A DNA stretch of 64,000 nucleotides, taken from positions 1,632,001 to 1,696,000 of the forward strand of contig OZ242220.1 in NCBI GenBank assembly GCA_965206745.1. The letters run 5' to 3'. The notes beneath the pieces are model-generated. The model searched no databases. It was not told the DNA's origin and saw nothing but the letters and a program-made list of their open reading frames with translations. Shown in pieces: positions 20,690 to 30,511 of this stretch. Both the position numbers and the translations under genes were made by a program. The stretch is from Nitrosopumilus sp. (GTDB lineage Archaea > Thermoproteota > Nitrososphaeria > Nitrososphaerales > Nitrosopumilaceae). Each line of letters opens with the position of its first letter. Position 1 is the stretch's first letter.

Positions 20690-22660
20690 TTGCTCCTTGA
20701 AAGACTATCCCTTGAGAATTATGGCTCTTATGCTGACAAGTCCGAGTTTGATTTGTCATCAACGCCTGACAAACCAATCGTCCTTGTAGGCGGACTCAAT
20801 GGCGCAGGAAAGACAACTCTCTTTGAATCACTCATGGTTGCACTGTATGGCAAGACATACCTTGGCAGAAGGGCTACAAAAAAAGAGTATATGGAATTTA
20901 TCTCTGAAAAGATGCACAGGCATGGGAATGTACGGGCAGACTCTGCATCAGTAGAGATTGCATTTAGATTCTATCACAATGGATGTGAAGACGGATATGT
21001 GGTGAATCGAAGCTGGACTCGAGACGGCGCATCTGTATCAGAATCCCTTTTGATACAAAAAAACGGCACTCCAATGAATGATCTTGATGAATCTCAGTGG
21101 CAGTCATTTATTGAAGGACTATTACCTTTGGGAATTGCGCAGTTGTTCTTTTTTGATGGTGAAAAAATAGTACGCATGACCCAATGGAATGATCCGGGCA
21201 ACGATGAGATACAGATATCCCTTGACATGCTGCTCGGGTCTGAATTGATCAATCGGCTTTACTCTGATCTTGATCTTTACATGGTGCGAAGACTGGGCAA
21301 GGCAGATGCAAATGGCGCAATGCAGGAAAAATACAATGAGATGAGCAGAGAAAAAGAATCCCTTGCTTCAGATATTGAAATTTTAAATGCAGAATGTGAG
21401 CAGAAAAATATCGAAATTCAAGAGGCAAACTCGATGGTGGCAAGCAAAGAATCCAAGATCATGGGGATAGGAGGCACCCTGGTAGACACACGCGAAAATC
21501 TGCTTACTCAAAAGGCAGTCCTTGAAGAAAAATTACGACATCAGGGCAAGACCATACAGGAGGAACTTGGGGAGGATGCACCGCTGTACCTTGCCACCGA
21601 AATGTTGCAGGATATAAAAAAACAGGTTGAATCTGACATGTCCATTACAAGCCAAAAGGCATCTGCGCATGCTGCAAAACACAAGATAGGCAAACTCAAG
21701 GACGAGATGGTCAAAGACGAGTTCTGGCCAAATGGCGTGGACGGTGCACTGTCAGATAAAATAATGCAGAGACTGGACAGCATGTTTGAGGCCCCAAGGG
21801 ATGATACCTTTTTTGACATGGCACCAAACGATGCTGCATGGATGCTAGATAAAATCTCCAAGCTGCCTGAAAAATACGACTCGCTATACCAGCAGATTAT
21901 AGAGTACGGCAAGACTGACACGCATTTTGAAAAGGTGGAATCTGATCTTGTACAGATTCCAAAGGATGACGAGATAGGTCCCAAGATATCTGAGATAAAC
22001 TCGCTGCATCAGGAGATTGGAATTTTAAAATCAGAGATTGCACACATCGAACAGCAGGTATCCTCCAAGCAGGCATATCAGAAGATACTTCAAAACAAGT
22101 TAAAGAAAATACTTGATGGCATCTACAAAAACAAAACCGCAGATGCAGGAATGAATCTTGCATCAAATATGCAGAGTGTACTAGATACGTATTCAAAGAA
22201 TCTGCGAGAGCGCAAGATACGTGATCTTGAATCCAATCTTCTCAATGCGACAAAGTCACTGCTACATAAAAAACACATTGATAGAATAGAGATTGACAGG
22301 ACTACATTTGAGATACGAGCGTATGCAAAAGATGACGAGAGTCCCCTAAAGTTGCCATCAATGGGAGAGCGACAGATGGTTGGAACAGCATTGTTGTGGG
22401 CAATCGCTAAAACCAGCGGACGCTCCCTGCCTTTTGTTATTGATACTCCACTAGGACGACTAGACGGCAAGCATCTCTCAAATCTGATGAGCAAGTTCTA
22501 TCCATTTGCATCACACCAGCTGATTCTGCTATCCACAGACAGGGAGATAGGGGGGAAAGAATACGCGGAACTAGAGCCATACACGTCTCGTTCCTATCAG
22601 ATAGCATGCGATGAGAGCAAATCCGTCACCACTGTAACTAGAGGATACTTTGGAGAGTAG
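20690..22660 (+). CDS. dndD: DndD SMC-like ATPase, cluster 1
   Basis: GGLNGAGKTT, LFFFDGEKI, coiled coil, SMGERQ, PFVIDTPLGRLD, LLSTDREI. Confidence 0.95.
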   Translation: MLLERLSLENYGSYADKSEFDLSSTPDKPIVLVGGLNGAGKTTLFESLMVALYGKTYLGRRATKKEYMEFISEKMHRHGNVRADSASVEIAFRFYHNGCEDGYVVNRSWTRDGASVSESLLIQKNGTPMNDLDESQWQSFIEGLLPLGIAQLFFFDGEKIVRMTQWNDPGNDEIQISLDMLLGSELINRLYSDLDLYMVRRLGKADANGAMQEKYNEMSREKESLASDIEILNAECEQKNIEIQEANSMVASKESKIMGIGGTLVDTRENLLTQKAVLEEKLRHQGKTIQEELGEDAPLYLATEMLQDIKKQVESDMSITSQKASAHAAKHKIGKLKDEMVKDEFWPNGVDGALSDKIMQRLDSMFEAPRDDTFFDMAPNDAAWMLDKISKLPEKYDSLYQQIIEYGKTDTHFEKVESDLVQIPKDDEIGPKISEINSLHQEIGILKSEIAHIEQQVSSKQAYQKILQNKLKKILDGIYKNKTADAGMNLASNMQSVLDTYSKNLRERKIRDLESNLLNATKSLLHKKHIDRIEIDRTTFEIRAYAKDDESPLKLPSMGERQMVGTALLWAIAKTSGRSLPFVIDTPLGRLDGKHLSNLMSKFYPFASHQLILLSTDREIGGKEYAELEPYTSRSYQIACDESKSVTTVTRGYFGE

Positions 22661-22662
22661 GA

Positions 22663-23034
22663 TTGAATAGATTAGACAAGCTGCGACTGTCAATTCGGGC
22701 CCAAAACCACCTAGGTCAGTTAAAGCACAGGACGGGACTGCCAATTAACGTACTTGCAAGATTTGGCATGTGCATGTCCTTGAAGGATTCCAGCATGCCC
22801 AATTCTGACATGTATGATGAGAAGGGCATGGAGTTGATGCCGCATATACTGTTTGGAAAAAATGAACTGATATTTGCTGCAATGTTTCAACACAGATTAA
22901 AAAAAGACGGTTTGGATTATGACCGATATGCCAATAGCATGATACGTGCACACGTGAACCGTGGCGCAAGCATGCTTTTTCCACGAATAGACAGGCTAGA
23001 GGACTTTGCAAAGCTTTTGGAGACAAGAACATGA
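22663..23034 (+). CDS. dndE: DndE, cluster 1
   Basis: LGQLKHRTGLPINVLARFGMCMSL...RAHVNRG; directly after dndD. Confidence 0.9.
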   Translation: MNRLDKLRLSIRAQNHLGQLKHRTGLPINVLARFGMCMSLKDSSMPNSDMYDEKGMELMPHILFGKNELIFAAMFQHRLKKDGLDYDRYANSMIRAHVNRGASMLFPRIDRLEDFAKLLETRT

Positions 23035-23489
23035 CGATGAGTGCAAATATCAGAAATTTTGTAGAAACATGTGAAATTAATTCTCTTATAGGCACAGATA
23101 GAAATCTCAGTTTTGTAATTAGGGAGAATGATAACGACGATCAAAGTCTGCTCTATGATGAAGTTAAATCATATTTTTATTCAAATGAGACTAATTATAT
23201 TTCAATGAATATGGGTGAAACAAACGAATGTGATTTAGATTTCATATTTGCTGATGGCTGCACATATGGTCATCTTAAATCAGCAAATTCAAAAGTACGA
23301 AAAAAAATGGATGCTGAGTATTCAAGAGTTCTAAATGATAAACCCAAAGAAGAACTAGACAGCATACTTGATGTATTGAATAGAGATTTTCGACAGATAC
23401 CACATTTATCTAGTGAATTAAAGATATCTGATAAAATTGATTATCCGCAAGAGTATGGACCAATGTATCTCTTAAAACTACCTCATTGA
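23031..23489 (+). CDS. Hypothetical protein resembling a degenerate N-terminal half of an SbcC/DndD head
   Basis: IRNF...NLSFVIRENDNDDQSLLYDEVKSYFY parallels the ixNF...vi.GxNGxGKttl..ai...ly pattern, but without Walker A GK. Confidence 0.45.
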   Translation: MTMSANIRNFVETCEINSLIGTDRNLSFVIRENDNDDQSLLYDEVKSYFYSNETNYISMNMGETNECDLDFIFADGCTYGHLKSANSKVRKKMDAEYSRVLNDKPKEELDSILDVLNRDFRQIPHLSSELKISDKIDYPQEYGPMYLLKLPH

Positions 23490-23770
23490 TGTGCATAGCA
23501 CTGTTATTTATCAGAAAAATAACTGAATGTGATTCACCGTTTATAGTTCAGGGGGCTTGGTTCAATAGATTAGATGTAAAAGCACGATATGAACTATGCA
23601 AGCTTTTGGCATATCATACAAAACAGACTATTATTTTTACTAATAGATATATCATTGACAAACCATATGAATGTGGGACAGACAAATCATTGCAAGATGC
23701 TCTTCGACATGACGGTGTGTTGGGAAATGTTGATTTTGAAAAAGGAATTATGAAGAATGACACAGATTAA
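23486..23770 (+). CDS. Hypothetical protein resembling a degenerate C-terminal half of an SbcC/DndD head
   Basis: SPFIVQGAWFNRLD...R...QTIIFTNRYI parallels DndD PFVIDTPLGRLD...QLILLSTDREI. Confidence 0.5.
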   Translation: MMCIALLFIRKITECDSPFIVQGAWFNRLDVKARYELCKLLAYHTKQTIIFTNRYIIDKPYECGTDKSLQDALRHDGVLGNVDFEKGIMKNDTD

Positions 23771-24920
23771 ATTCCCAATCTATCTTGATCATCATGCTAC
23801 AACACCTTTAGATCCTCAAGTGTTAGAAGAGATGATGCCATATTTGACTGAAAAGTTTGGTAATGCATCTAGTCTGGATCATCCTTTTGGATATGATGCA
23901 TCAGTTGCAGTTGAATCTGCAAGAGAAAAGATTGCAAATGCAATTGGTGCAAGACATGATGAGATTGTTTTTACATCAGGAGCTACAGAGTCAGACAACA
24001 TTGCACTGATTGGTACAATGGAAAAATACAAGGACAAAGGCAATCACATCATTACCTGTACAACTGAGCACAAGGCTGTTTTAGATACCGTAAAACATCT
24101 TGAAAATTTGGGGAAAAAAGCTACCTATCTTCCTGTCAATGAATATGGCCAGATTAATCTTGAAGAACTAAAAGAATCCATCACAGATGAGACTGTCATG
24201 ATATCTGTCATGGCAGCCAATAACGAGATCGGAACAATACATGATATCGCAGAGATTGGAAAGATTGCACACAAGCATGACGTGTATTTTCATACTGATG
24301 CTGCACAAGCTGTAGGTCACATTCCAGTTGATGTTAATGCGATGAACATTGATTTGATGTCATTTTCTGCTCACAAAATGTACGGTCCTAAGGGGATTGG
24401 AGCACTGTATGTTCGCGGAATAAACCCGCGAGTGAGGCCCAATTCCATCATGTATGGCGGAGGTCAGGAGCGAAACATTCGTTCTGGAACTCTAAACGTT
24501 CCTGGAATTGTTGGATTTGGAAAAGCAGCAGAGATTGGAATAAAAAAGATGGAGTCAGAAAATAAAAGATTCAAAGAGTGGACAGACAGGATGCTTGAAT
24601 CATTCCAGTCTGCAGGCGGTAGACTCAATGGAGATAGGGAAAACAGATTATCTTACAATCTCAATATCTATTTTCCAGGCGTTCAAAGCAAGGCAATAAT
24701 TAATTCCGTATCCAAAGAGATTGCAATATCTGCAGGCTCTGCATGTACCAGTGATGCTGTTGAACCATCTCATGTATTGCTTGCGTTGGGTTTTGATGAG
24801 GAACATGCACATTCCTCCATACGAATAGGACTGGGGCGATTCAATACGGAGGAAGATGTTGATTTTTGCATCAAAAAGATATCAAAATCAGTGGAATCCC
24901 TCAAAGGCATTACTGCATGA
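23757..24920 (+). CDS. dndA: Cysteine desulfurase DndA/IscS, cluster 1
   Basis: IYLDHHATTP, FTSGATESDN, HTDAAQ, SAHKMYGPKG, SAGSACTS; located within the dnd operon. Confidence 0.92.
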   Translation: MTQIKFPIYLDHHATTPLDPQVLEEMMPYLTEKFGNASSLDHPFGYDASVAVESAREKIANAIGARHDEIVFTSGATESDNIALIGTMEKYKDKGNHIITCTTEHKAVLDTVKHLENLGKKATYLPVNEYGQINLEELKESITDETVMISVMAANNEIGTIHDIAEIGKIAHKHDVYFHTDAAQAVGHIPVDVNAMNIDLMSFSAHKMYGPKGIGALYVRGINPRVRPNSIMYGGGQERNIRSGTLNVPGIVGFGKAAEIGIKKMESENKRFKEWTDRMLESFQSAGGRLNGDRENRLSYNLNIYFPGVQSKAIINSVSKEIAISAGSACTSDAVEPSHVLLALGFDEEHAHSSIRIGLGRFNTEEDVDFCIKKISKSVESLKGITA

Positions 24921-25105
24921 TTGTAATAAATCCCAATAGACTAGCATCAAACTCACATGTATGCTGATGGATATGTGGATATAGACATGAAAATTCTTCA
25001 ATTTGTGTTGTTCATTCCAGAGGATCCATAGTATAGACACATTGGTGGATTTAACAATGAATCCCTAAAAGTTAACAGCATCCTAATTCCTTAAATAATT
25101 ACATC

Positions 25106-26881
25106 ATGACACGTACCATGACTAAATCTGAAAATATTCAAATTAGATTCACAGATAGAAGTAAGGTCAAAGACAAACTTCGAAAATCACAATTTGATGA
25201 CAAAATAACATTTGATTTGACAATTACAGCCTTTGAACTGTTCTCTAAAATCAAAGAAAGTAAACTCTCCATCATTTCTTCAATAAAATCAAACAAGGCA
25301 ATCGAGTTATATGATCATCAGATTTTTGCAGCAATGAAAGTAAAAAATGAGTTAGGAGGTTCAGCAATATTAGCTGATGAGGTTGGTCTTGGGAAAACTA
25401 TGGAGGCAGGAATCATTTTGAAAGAATTTCTAATTTCAGGCCTTGCAAAAAACATCTTGATACTGGTTCCTCCTTCCCTTGTTTACCAATGGCAGGATGA
25501 ATTACAATCAAAGTTCAATCTCAACTTTATACAGAAAGATGATCCAAATTTCCAAGATCCTGCAAGTCATGAATTGCTGATATTTTCACACAGTTCAGCC
25601 ACATCGCCTGCAAAGAAAGAATTGTTGATGAGGCGAAATTGGGATATGATTATTGTTGATGAGGCGCACAGTATGAAAAATGCATCCACTCAAAAACATC
25701 AGTTGTTAAAAGAATTATCACGAAAATTTACACTATTTCTTTCTGCAACACCCATCCAGAATAATCTCTTAGAACTGTATAACTTGGTTGAATTACTAAA
25801 GCCTGGAACTTTTGGCACCGTGTCTGAGTTTAAAACTAGATATGCGGATGATTCACAAATGCGCAGAGTGAATCCGTTTTTCAAGGAAGAATTACAAATA
25901 AAACTGTCAAAAATAATCATCAGAACAACAAGACAGCAAGTAAAAAAATACATTACTTTCACAGATAGAATTGCACATACCAAGATCCTCAAACCTACTG
26001 ATGATGAACGTGACTTGTATGATAGAATTACAAATAAGATCCGTAACTTTTATGATTCTGGATATGATATTCTATATCTCATGGTAATACAGAGATTGAT
26101 ATCTAGTAGTAATGAATCCACCAAACAAGCTTTATTCAAGATGTTAAAATCAAAGATAATTGATGAAAATAATTATGCAGAATTAATGGAAATTGCAAAC
26201 AGGATAAAAATGGATACCAAGGCAAGTGATCTTTTAGACGTAATCAAGAGGGATAAATATTCGAAATTTCTAATATTTACAGAGTACCATGTGACACAGG
26301 ATTATCTGGCTAGAGTATTTGCAAAAAATGGATATTCTGTAACTTTGTTTAACGGGAAAATGAATCTTACAGAGCGAGCCGAATCTGTTGAAAAATTCAG
26401 AGACAAATCACAAATTATGATTTCAACAGGAGCAGGTGGTGAAGGACAGAATTTTCAATTTTGTCATAACGTTGTCAATTATGATCTTCCATGGAATCCG
26501 ATGAGGGTAGAACAAAGAGTTGGAAGAGTGCATCGGATAGGACAAAAAAATAACGTGAATATATACAATTATGCCTATGAAAACACGATTGACGCACACA
26601 TTCTGCAGCTGCTTTATATAAAAATTAAATTATTTACTATGGCCATTGGACATCTGGATTTACTGTTTGAAGATGTTACAGATGAGAAAACAGGAACACA
26701 TTTTTTTAAAGAATACATGACTGCAAAAAACGAAAAAGACTTGAAAAATAAATTCTCAACGATGGGAGATGGTTTTAAAAATAGAAAAGAAGATCTTGCC
26801 AATGCCATAGAACAATTCAATCAAGAAGTTTTTGATAATTTTTCGTTATCACCAATTGAGAATGGAAATGTCATTGATTGA
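25106..26881 (+). CDS. SNF2-family helicase (YqhH-like)
   Basis: ILADEVGLGKTMEAG, VDEAH, LSATPIQN, GGEGQNFQ, YDLPWNPMRVEQRVGRVHRIGQ. Confidence 0.92.
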   Translation: MTRTMTKSENIQIRFTDRSKVKDKLRKSQFDDKITFDLTITAFELFSKIKESKLSIISSIKSNKAIELYDHQIFAAMKVKNELGGSAILADEVGLGKTMEAGIILKEFLISGLAKNILILVPPSLVYQWQDELQSKFNLNFIQKDDPNFQDPASHELLIFSHSSATSPAKKELLMRRNWDMIIVDEAHSMKNASTQKHQLLKELSRKFTLFLSATPIQNNLLELYNLVELLKPGTFGTVSEFKTRYADDSQMRRVNPFFKEELQIKLSKIIIRTTRQQVKKYITFTDRIAHTKILKPTDDERDLYDRITNKIRNFYDSGYDILYLMVIQRLISSSNESTKQALFKMLKSKIIDENNYAELMEIANRIKMDTKASDLLDVIKRDKYSKFLIFTEYHVTQDYLARVFAKNGYSVTLFNGKMNLTERAESVEKFRDKSQIMISTGAGGEGQNFQFCHNVVNYDLPWNPMRVEQRVGRVHRIGQKNNVNIYNYAYENTIDAHILQLLYIKIKLFTMAIGHLDLLFEDVTDEKTGTHFFKEYMTAKNEKDLKNKFSTMGDGFKNRKEDLANAIEQFNQEVFDNFSLSPIENGNVID

Positions 26882-27641
26882 AGATCAGATAAATTCACTT
26901 GTCTTAGGATATTTCTCTAAAATTAATGCAAATGTTATAGAGAAAAACGGATTATTTGATGTTGAAATTCCTAAAGAATATTCAAAAATGTTTGGGACAA
27001 CCAAGTTAAAAATTACATTTGATACAAAACTTTCAGGTTTCGATGACTATGTGTTGATATCTCCTGGAAGTGATATTCTGCTGTCTATTCTAAGACTCGC
27101 TCTAGATTTTGGTCCTGTTACAAGTGTCAGATTAAATTCAACGAAGCACGGTTCAAGAATTATAAGGTTTTATTTTTATGTATTATTCGAGTCAGTGCAA
27201 TCCAAGACCAAATTAGTGCATGTGGATGTTAATGTAAATGATAAAAAGATTACAGTGATTGATGATTCTGAAATTAATTTTGATGAATCCAACTTGAATA
27301 TCAAAATCCAACCTGAGATTATTGATGATTGTTATGTTGAATCTATAACATATTTGGAACAAAGTTTATTCAAATCAGATATAATTAATTTTAAAAATCA
27401 TATATTACATCTCAAACAAGAAGAATTGGACAATATCATTTTGGAATATGAAAAACGTAGGAAGGAAATTCAAGATCAATTTATTATTTTAAGAAGTAAG
27501 GGAAAATCTGGAATTGCACTTGAAAGTCTTATTGATAAAAATCAAATCATACGTAATGAAGAAATCCATATACGAGAAAATTTGGATAAAAAATATGCTG
27601 TGGTAATAGATTTTGCACTAATCGCATCTTTGATAATTTAA
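26868..27641 (+). CDS. Helicase partner protein (YqhG-like)
   Basis: Overlaps the helicase stop; QINSLVLGYF...LKITFD...LISPGS pattern and C-terminal coiled coil; family assignment from memory. Confidence 0.55.
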   Translation: MSLIEDQINSLVLGYFSKINANVIEKNGLFDVEIPKEYSKMFGTTKLKITFDTKLSGFDDYVLISPGSDILLSILRLALDFGPVTSVRLNSTKHGSRIIRFYFYVLFESVQSKTKLVHVDVNVNDKKITVIDDSEINFDESNLNIKIQPEIIDDCYVESITYLEQSLFKSDIINFKNHILHLKQEELDNIILEYEKRRKEIQDQFIILRSKGKSGIALESLIDKNQIIRNEEIHIRENLDKKYAVVIDFALIASLII

Positions 27642-27679
27642 CACAAAGAACATATACCTATTTCTTTGAAGAGGCAATA

Positions 27680-28615
27680 TTGCCATCTAATTCTAACAAA
27701 TTCAAAAAATTTGATTATATTGAACTTGACAAATTGTATGTTGGCTTGAGTAATGTTCGAATAGAAAATGCAACCAATGAGGAAGAATTACTAATTCTTG
27801 CAGAACATATTGGAAAACACGGATTACTAGAACCCATTGTTGTTTTTGCAGTAAATGAACTTGATGAAGAACATCCATTATATGAAAGTAGAAAAGCCAA
27901 GAAGGATCAATATGAAATTTTAGCTGGTCAACGAAGATGGAATGCATTTAGGATACTAAACGAAGAAAATCCAAATGAAGGATGGGATAAAATTCCTTGT
28001 CACATAAGAGAATCTCCTGATGATGATGTTGATGCAAAAGCAATTTCACTTGGTGAAGGATTAACTCAACTTCCATATACACTGGCCGATATTATTGATG
28101 CCTGTGATGCACTCTTCAAAAAATACAATGATCCCAAAATTGTTGCAAGAAAGACGGGCATTTCAACAACTCTCGTAAACAAATATGTCAAATTTGCAAG
28201 ATTACCAAAATTCATTCAGGAAAATTTGGGGGCAATTCATAGAAACCCTAAAACTGCTGTACAGTTAGGTGTGGAAGCAGCAGATGCATTAGCATGGTCT
28301 CCAGATAATGAGGTTCCGGAGAATAAAGTATATGACCTTGCAATAAAATTGGGAGAAAAGAAAAAGAAATCTCAGGAAGATTATAAAAAATTCAAACAAG
28401 CAGCTGAAGAAAACCCCAAACTGAAATTAAATGAAATTGAAGAAGAATCATTAAAAATTATGTCTCCAAAAAAATACACCGTTATTCTTGATGCAAAAAT
28501 TGCCACACGCCTAGATACTGCAGCTGAAAAAAGTGGACGAGATGCAGGAGAGGAAGCATCTAACATTATTGAAACTGAATTAAATCGTAGAGAAGGACAT
28601 TCTTCAGAAGAATAA
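27680..28615 (+). CDS. ParB/Srx-fold protein with HTH (module gene 1, cluster 1)
   Basis: GLLEPIVV, YEILAGQRRWNA, VARKTGISTTLVNKYVKFARLP. Confidence 0.88.
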   Translation: MPSNSNKFKKFDYIELDKLYVGLSNVRIENATNEEELLILAEHIGKHGLLEPIVVFAVNELDEEHPLYESRKAKKDQYEILAGQRRWNAFRILNEENPNEGWDKIPCHIRESPDDDVDAKAISLGEGLTQLPYTLADIIDACDALFKKYNDPKIVARKTGISTTLVNKYVKFARLPKFIQENLGAIHRNPKTAVQLGVEAADALAWSPDNEVPENKVYDLAIKLGEKKKKSQEDYKKFKQAAEENPKLKLNEIEEESLKIMSPKKYTVILDAKIATRLDTAAEKSGRDAGEEASNIIETELNRREGHSSEE

Positions 28616-28623
28616 TCTTCAAC

Positions 28624-29421
28624 ATGGTTGAAAAGATTTTAGATGATTTGGATACCTATTCAGATCTTTTGTTAAGTATTGGAACTCATAATACGGATAG
28701 GCCTTTTACTCCTATTGAGGTCTCAGATCTTCTTTTGAGACTAAAGAAAGAAACAGGGGATTCATTGGAGCAATTATCAAAAAGAGTAGGATTGGGTAAA
28801 AAACGCAAAAAATCAACAGTTGATAAACAAATAGATACCAGCCAAATAAAATTATTTGAAAAACTACAAAATCTGTCTAGAAGAAATGCATACATGCTTG
28901 GATGGGGAGTCTCAAAGGATGGGAAAATCTCAATGACTATTGGATGTGATATTGCAACAATACCCAACAAAGACGAACAAGATATTATTTTAAACACGAT
29001 TCTTCAAAGTTTAGATACAAACAAACCTATACGTAAAAATGACGTAAAAAACATCATCAATAGAAAAACCAAGTCTCCCGATACTCCTATAGAAGGAATC
29101 ATCCAACATGTCATGGATATTAAACCTATAATAGAACTATTTTGGAAAATTGGGATTACACCTGAAAATGATTTCCTTGATAAATTTAGGCAAAAATCAT
29201 CTAATGAAAAAATCATTCCATCAGAACTATTAAGAAAGTTGTTGGAAAGAAAGATAGAAAAAGATATGATAAAATCCATATCCATTTCAAACAATAATTT
29301 GATTTGGATTACATTAGATGAAAATAATTTTAAAGAATTAGAGAAGGAATGGAAGTCTAGAAAAATTCCAGTGACTAGTTTTTTCAACAAAATTTTAAAC
29401 GAGGAAATTCAAATTGAATGA
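28624..29421 (+). CDS. HTH protein (module gene 2, cluster 1)
   Basis: SIG...RPFTPIEV...SLEQLSKRVGL...GWG; homologous to 41861-42616. Confidence 0.75.
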   Translation: MVEKILDDLDTYSDLLLSIGTHNTDRPFTPIEVSDLLLRLKKETGDSLEQLSKRVGLGKKRKKSTVDKQIDTSQIKLFEKLQNLSRRNAYMLGWGVSKDGKISMTIGCDIATIPNKDEQDIILNTILQSLDTNKPIRKNDVKNIINRKTKSPDTPIEGIIQHVMDIKPIIELFWKIGITPENDFLDKFRQKSSNEKIIPSELLRKLLERKIEKDMIKSISISNNNLIWITLDENNFKELEKEWKSRKIPVTSFFNKILNEEIQIE

Positions 29422-30511
29422 TTTAAGCCAATTGGCAAAAATTCATTGTGATATAATGAGTCCAAGGACAGAAGATGGGGTTCCCAAAGATCAAGCAATT
29501 TTACTTGGCAATTCCATAGTTTGTGATGGATATGTAACTGGAAAAACCACAGCTATTTTTACACATTTTCATGATGATCATACATGGAATTTTAATAGTG
29601 CATTAAGAAATTGTCATAACATTTTGCTAACAGAAGCTACCTATAGATCTCTTCAGGCGTTACAGAAATTTCCTGAACGGCCTGCTATTCAGATATTATC
29701 ATACAATTCATCATTTACAACCACAACTGGAGAAATAATAGAATTAATTAATGCAAATCATGTTCCAGGTTCCTCCCAGGTATTAGTAACAATGGAAGAA
29801 ACTAATCAAAAAATTCTCTATTCAGGAGACTTTTCATTTCCAGACATATCTGCCCCAAAAGCAGACGTGTTGGTTTTGGATGGAACTCATGGAATTCCAC
29901 TTTATGATTTTAATACGGATAAGCAATCTATTCTAAGACGTATCTTTGACGAGGTTTGTCATCAAATTGAAAATGATCGCCCTGTGGAAATTCTAACCCA
30001 TCGTGGCACGATGCAAGACATCATGGCACATCTATCAAAACAAGAAAATGGGAATTTTATCGCAGACGATATTCCATTTTTGGCAGAACCAAATGATGTT
30101 GCTCTTACTGACGCGCTGAGATATACTTATGATGCAAATATTAGAGAAGTTGAGATCTCAACAAATAGCAGATTAAATGAGTTATACAATGAGCAAAACA
30201 AACCATACATACGATTTGCAAGACCAGGTCATGGTTCAATGCAGCAAGAACGGGCTCAAACAATACAGATAGATGTTAATCCAAATTATAAGACTAAGGG
30301 TCCGTTTTGGACTGATAAAAATGGGAAAATCTATGCCTGTTTAGCCGCTCATGCAGATTATGGAAATATTCTAAAATATGTAAAATCAGTAGATCCGAAA
30401 CATGTTATTGTAGACGGAACAAGAGCTAATTCTGATGATTCAAAAGATCTTGCAAATGCAATTAGTAAAGAATTTGGAATTACGTGTTTTATGAATCATT
30501 GTAAATCATGA
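29414..30511 (+). CDS. MBL-fold/beta-CASP-like hydrolase (module gene 3, cluster 1)
   Basis: THFHDDH, ANHVPGS, YSGDF, LVLDGT, AAHADY. Confidence 0.85.
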   Translation: MNDLSQLAKIHCDIMSPRTEDGVPKDQAILLGNSIVCDGYVTGKTTAIFTHFHDDHTWNFNSALRNCHNILLTEATYRSLQALQKFPERPAIQILSYNSSFTTTTGEIIELINANHVPGSSQVLVTMEETNQKILYSGDFSFPDISAPKADVLVLDGTHGIPLYDFNTDKQSILRRIFDEVCHQIENDRPVEILTHRGTMQDIMAHLSKQENGNFIADDIPFLAEPNDVALTDALRYTYDANIREVEISTNSRLNELYNEQNKPYIRFARPGHGSMQQERAQTIQIDVNPNYKTKGPFWTDKNGKIYACLAAHADYGNILKYVKSVDPKHVIVDGTRANSDDSKDLANAISKEFGITCFMNHCKS

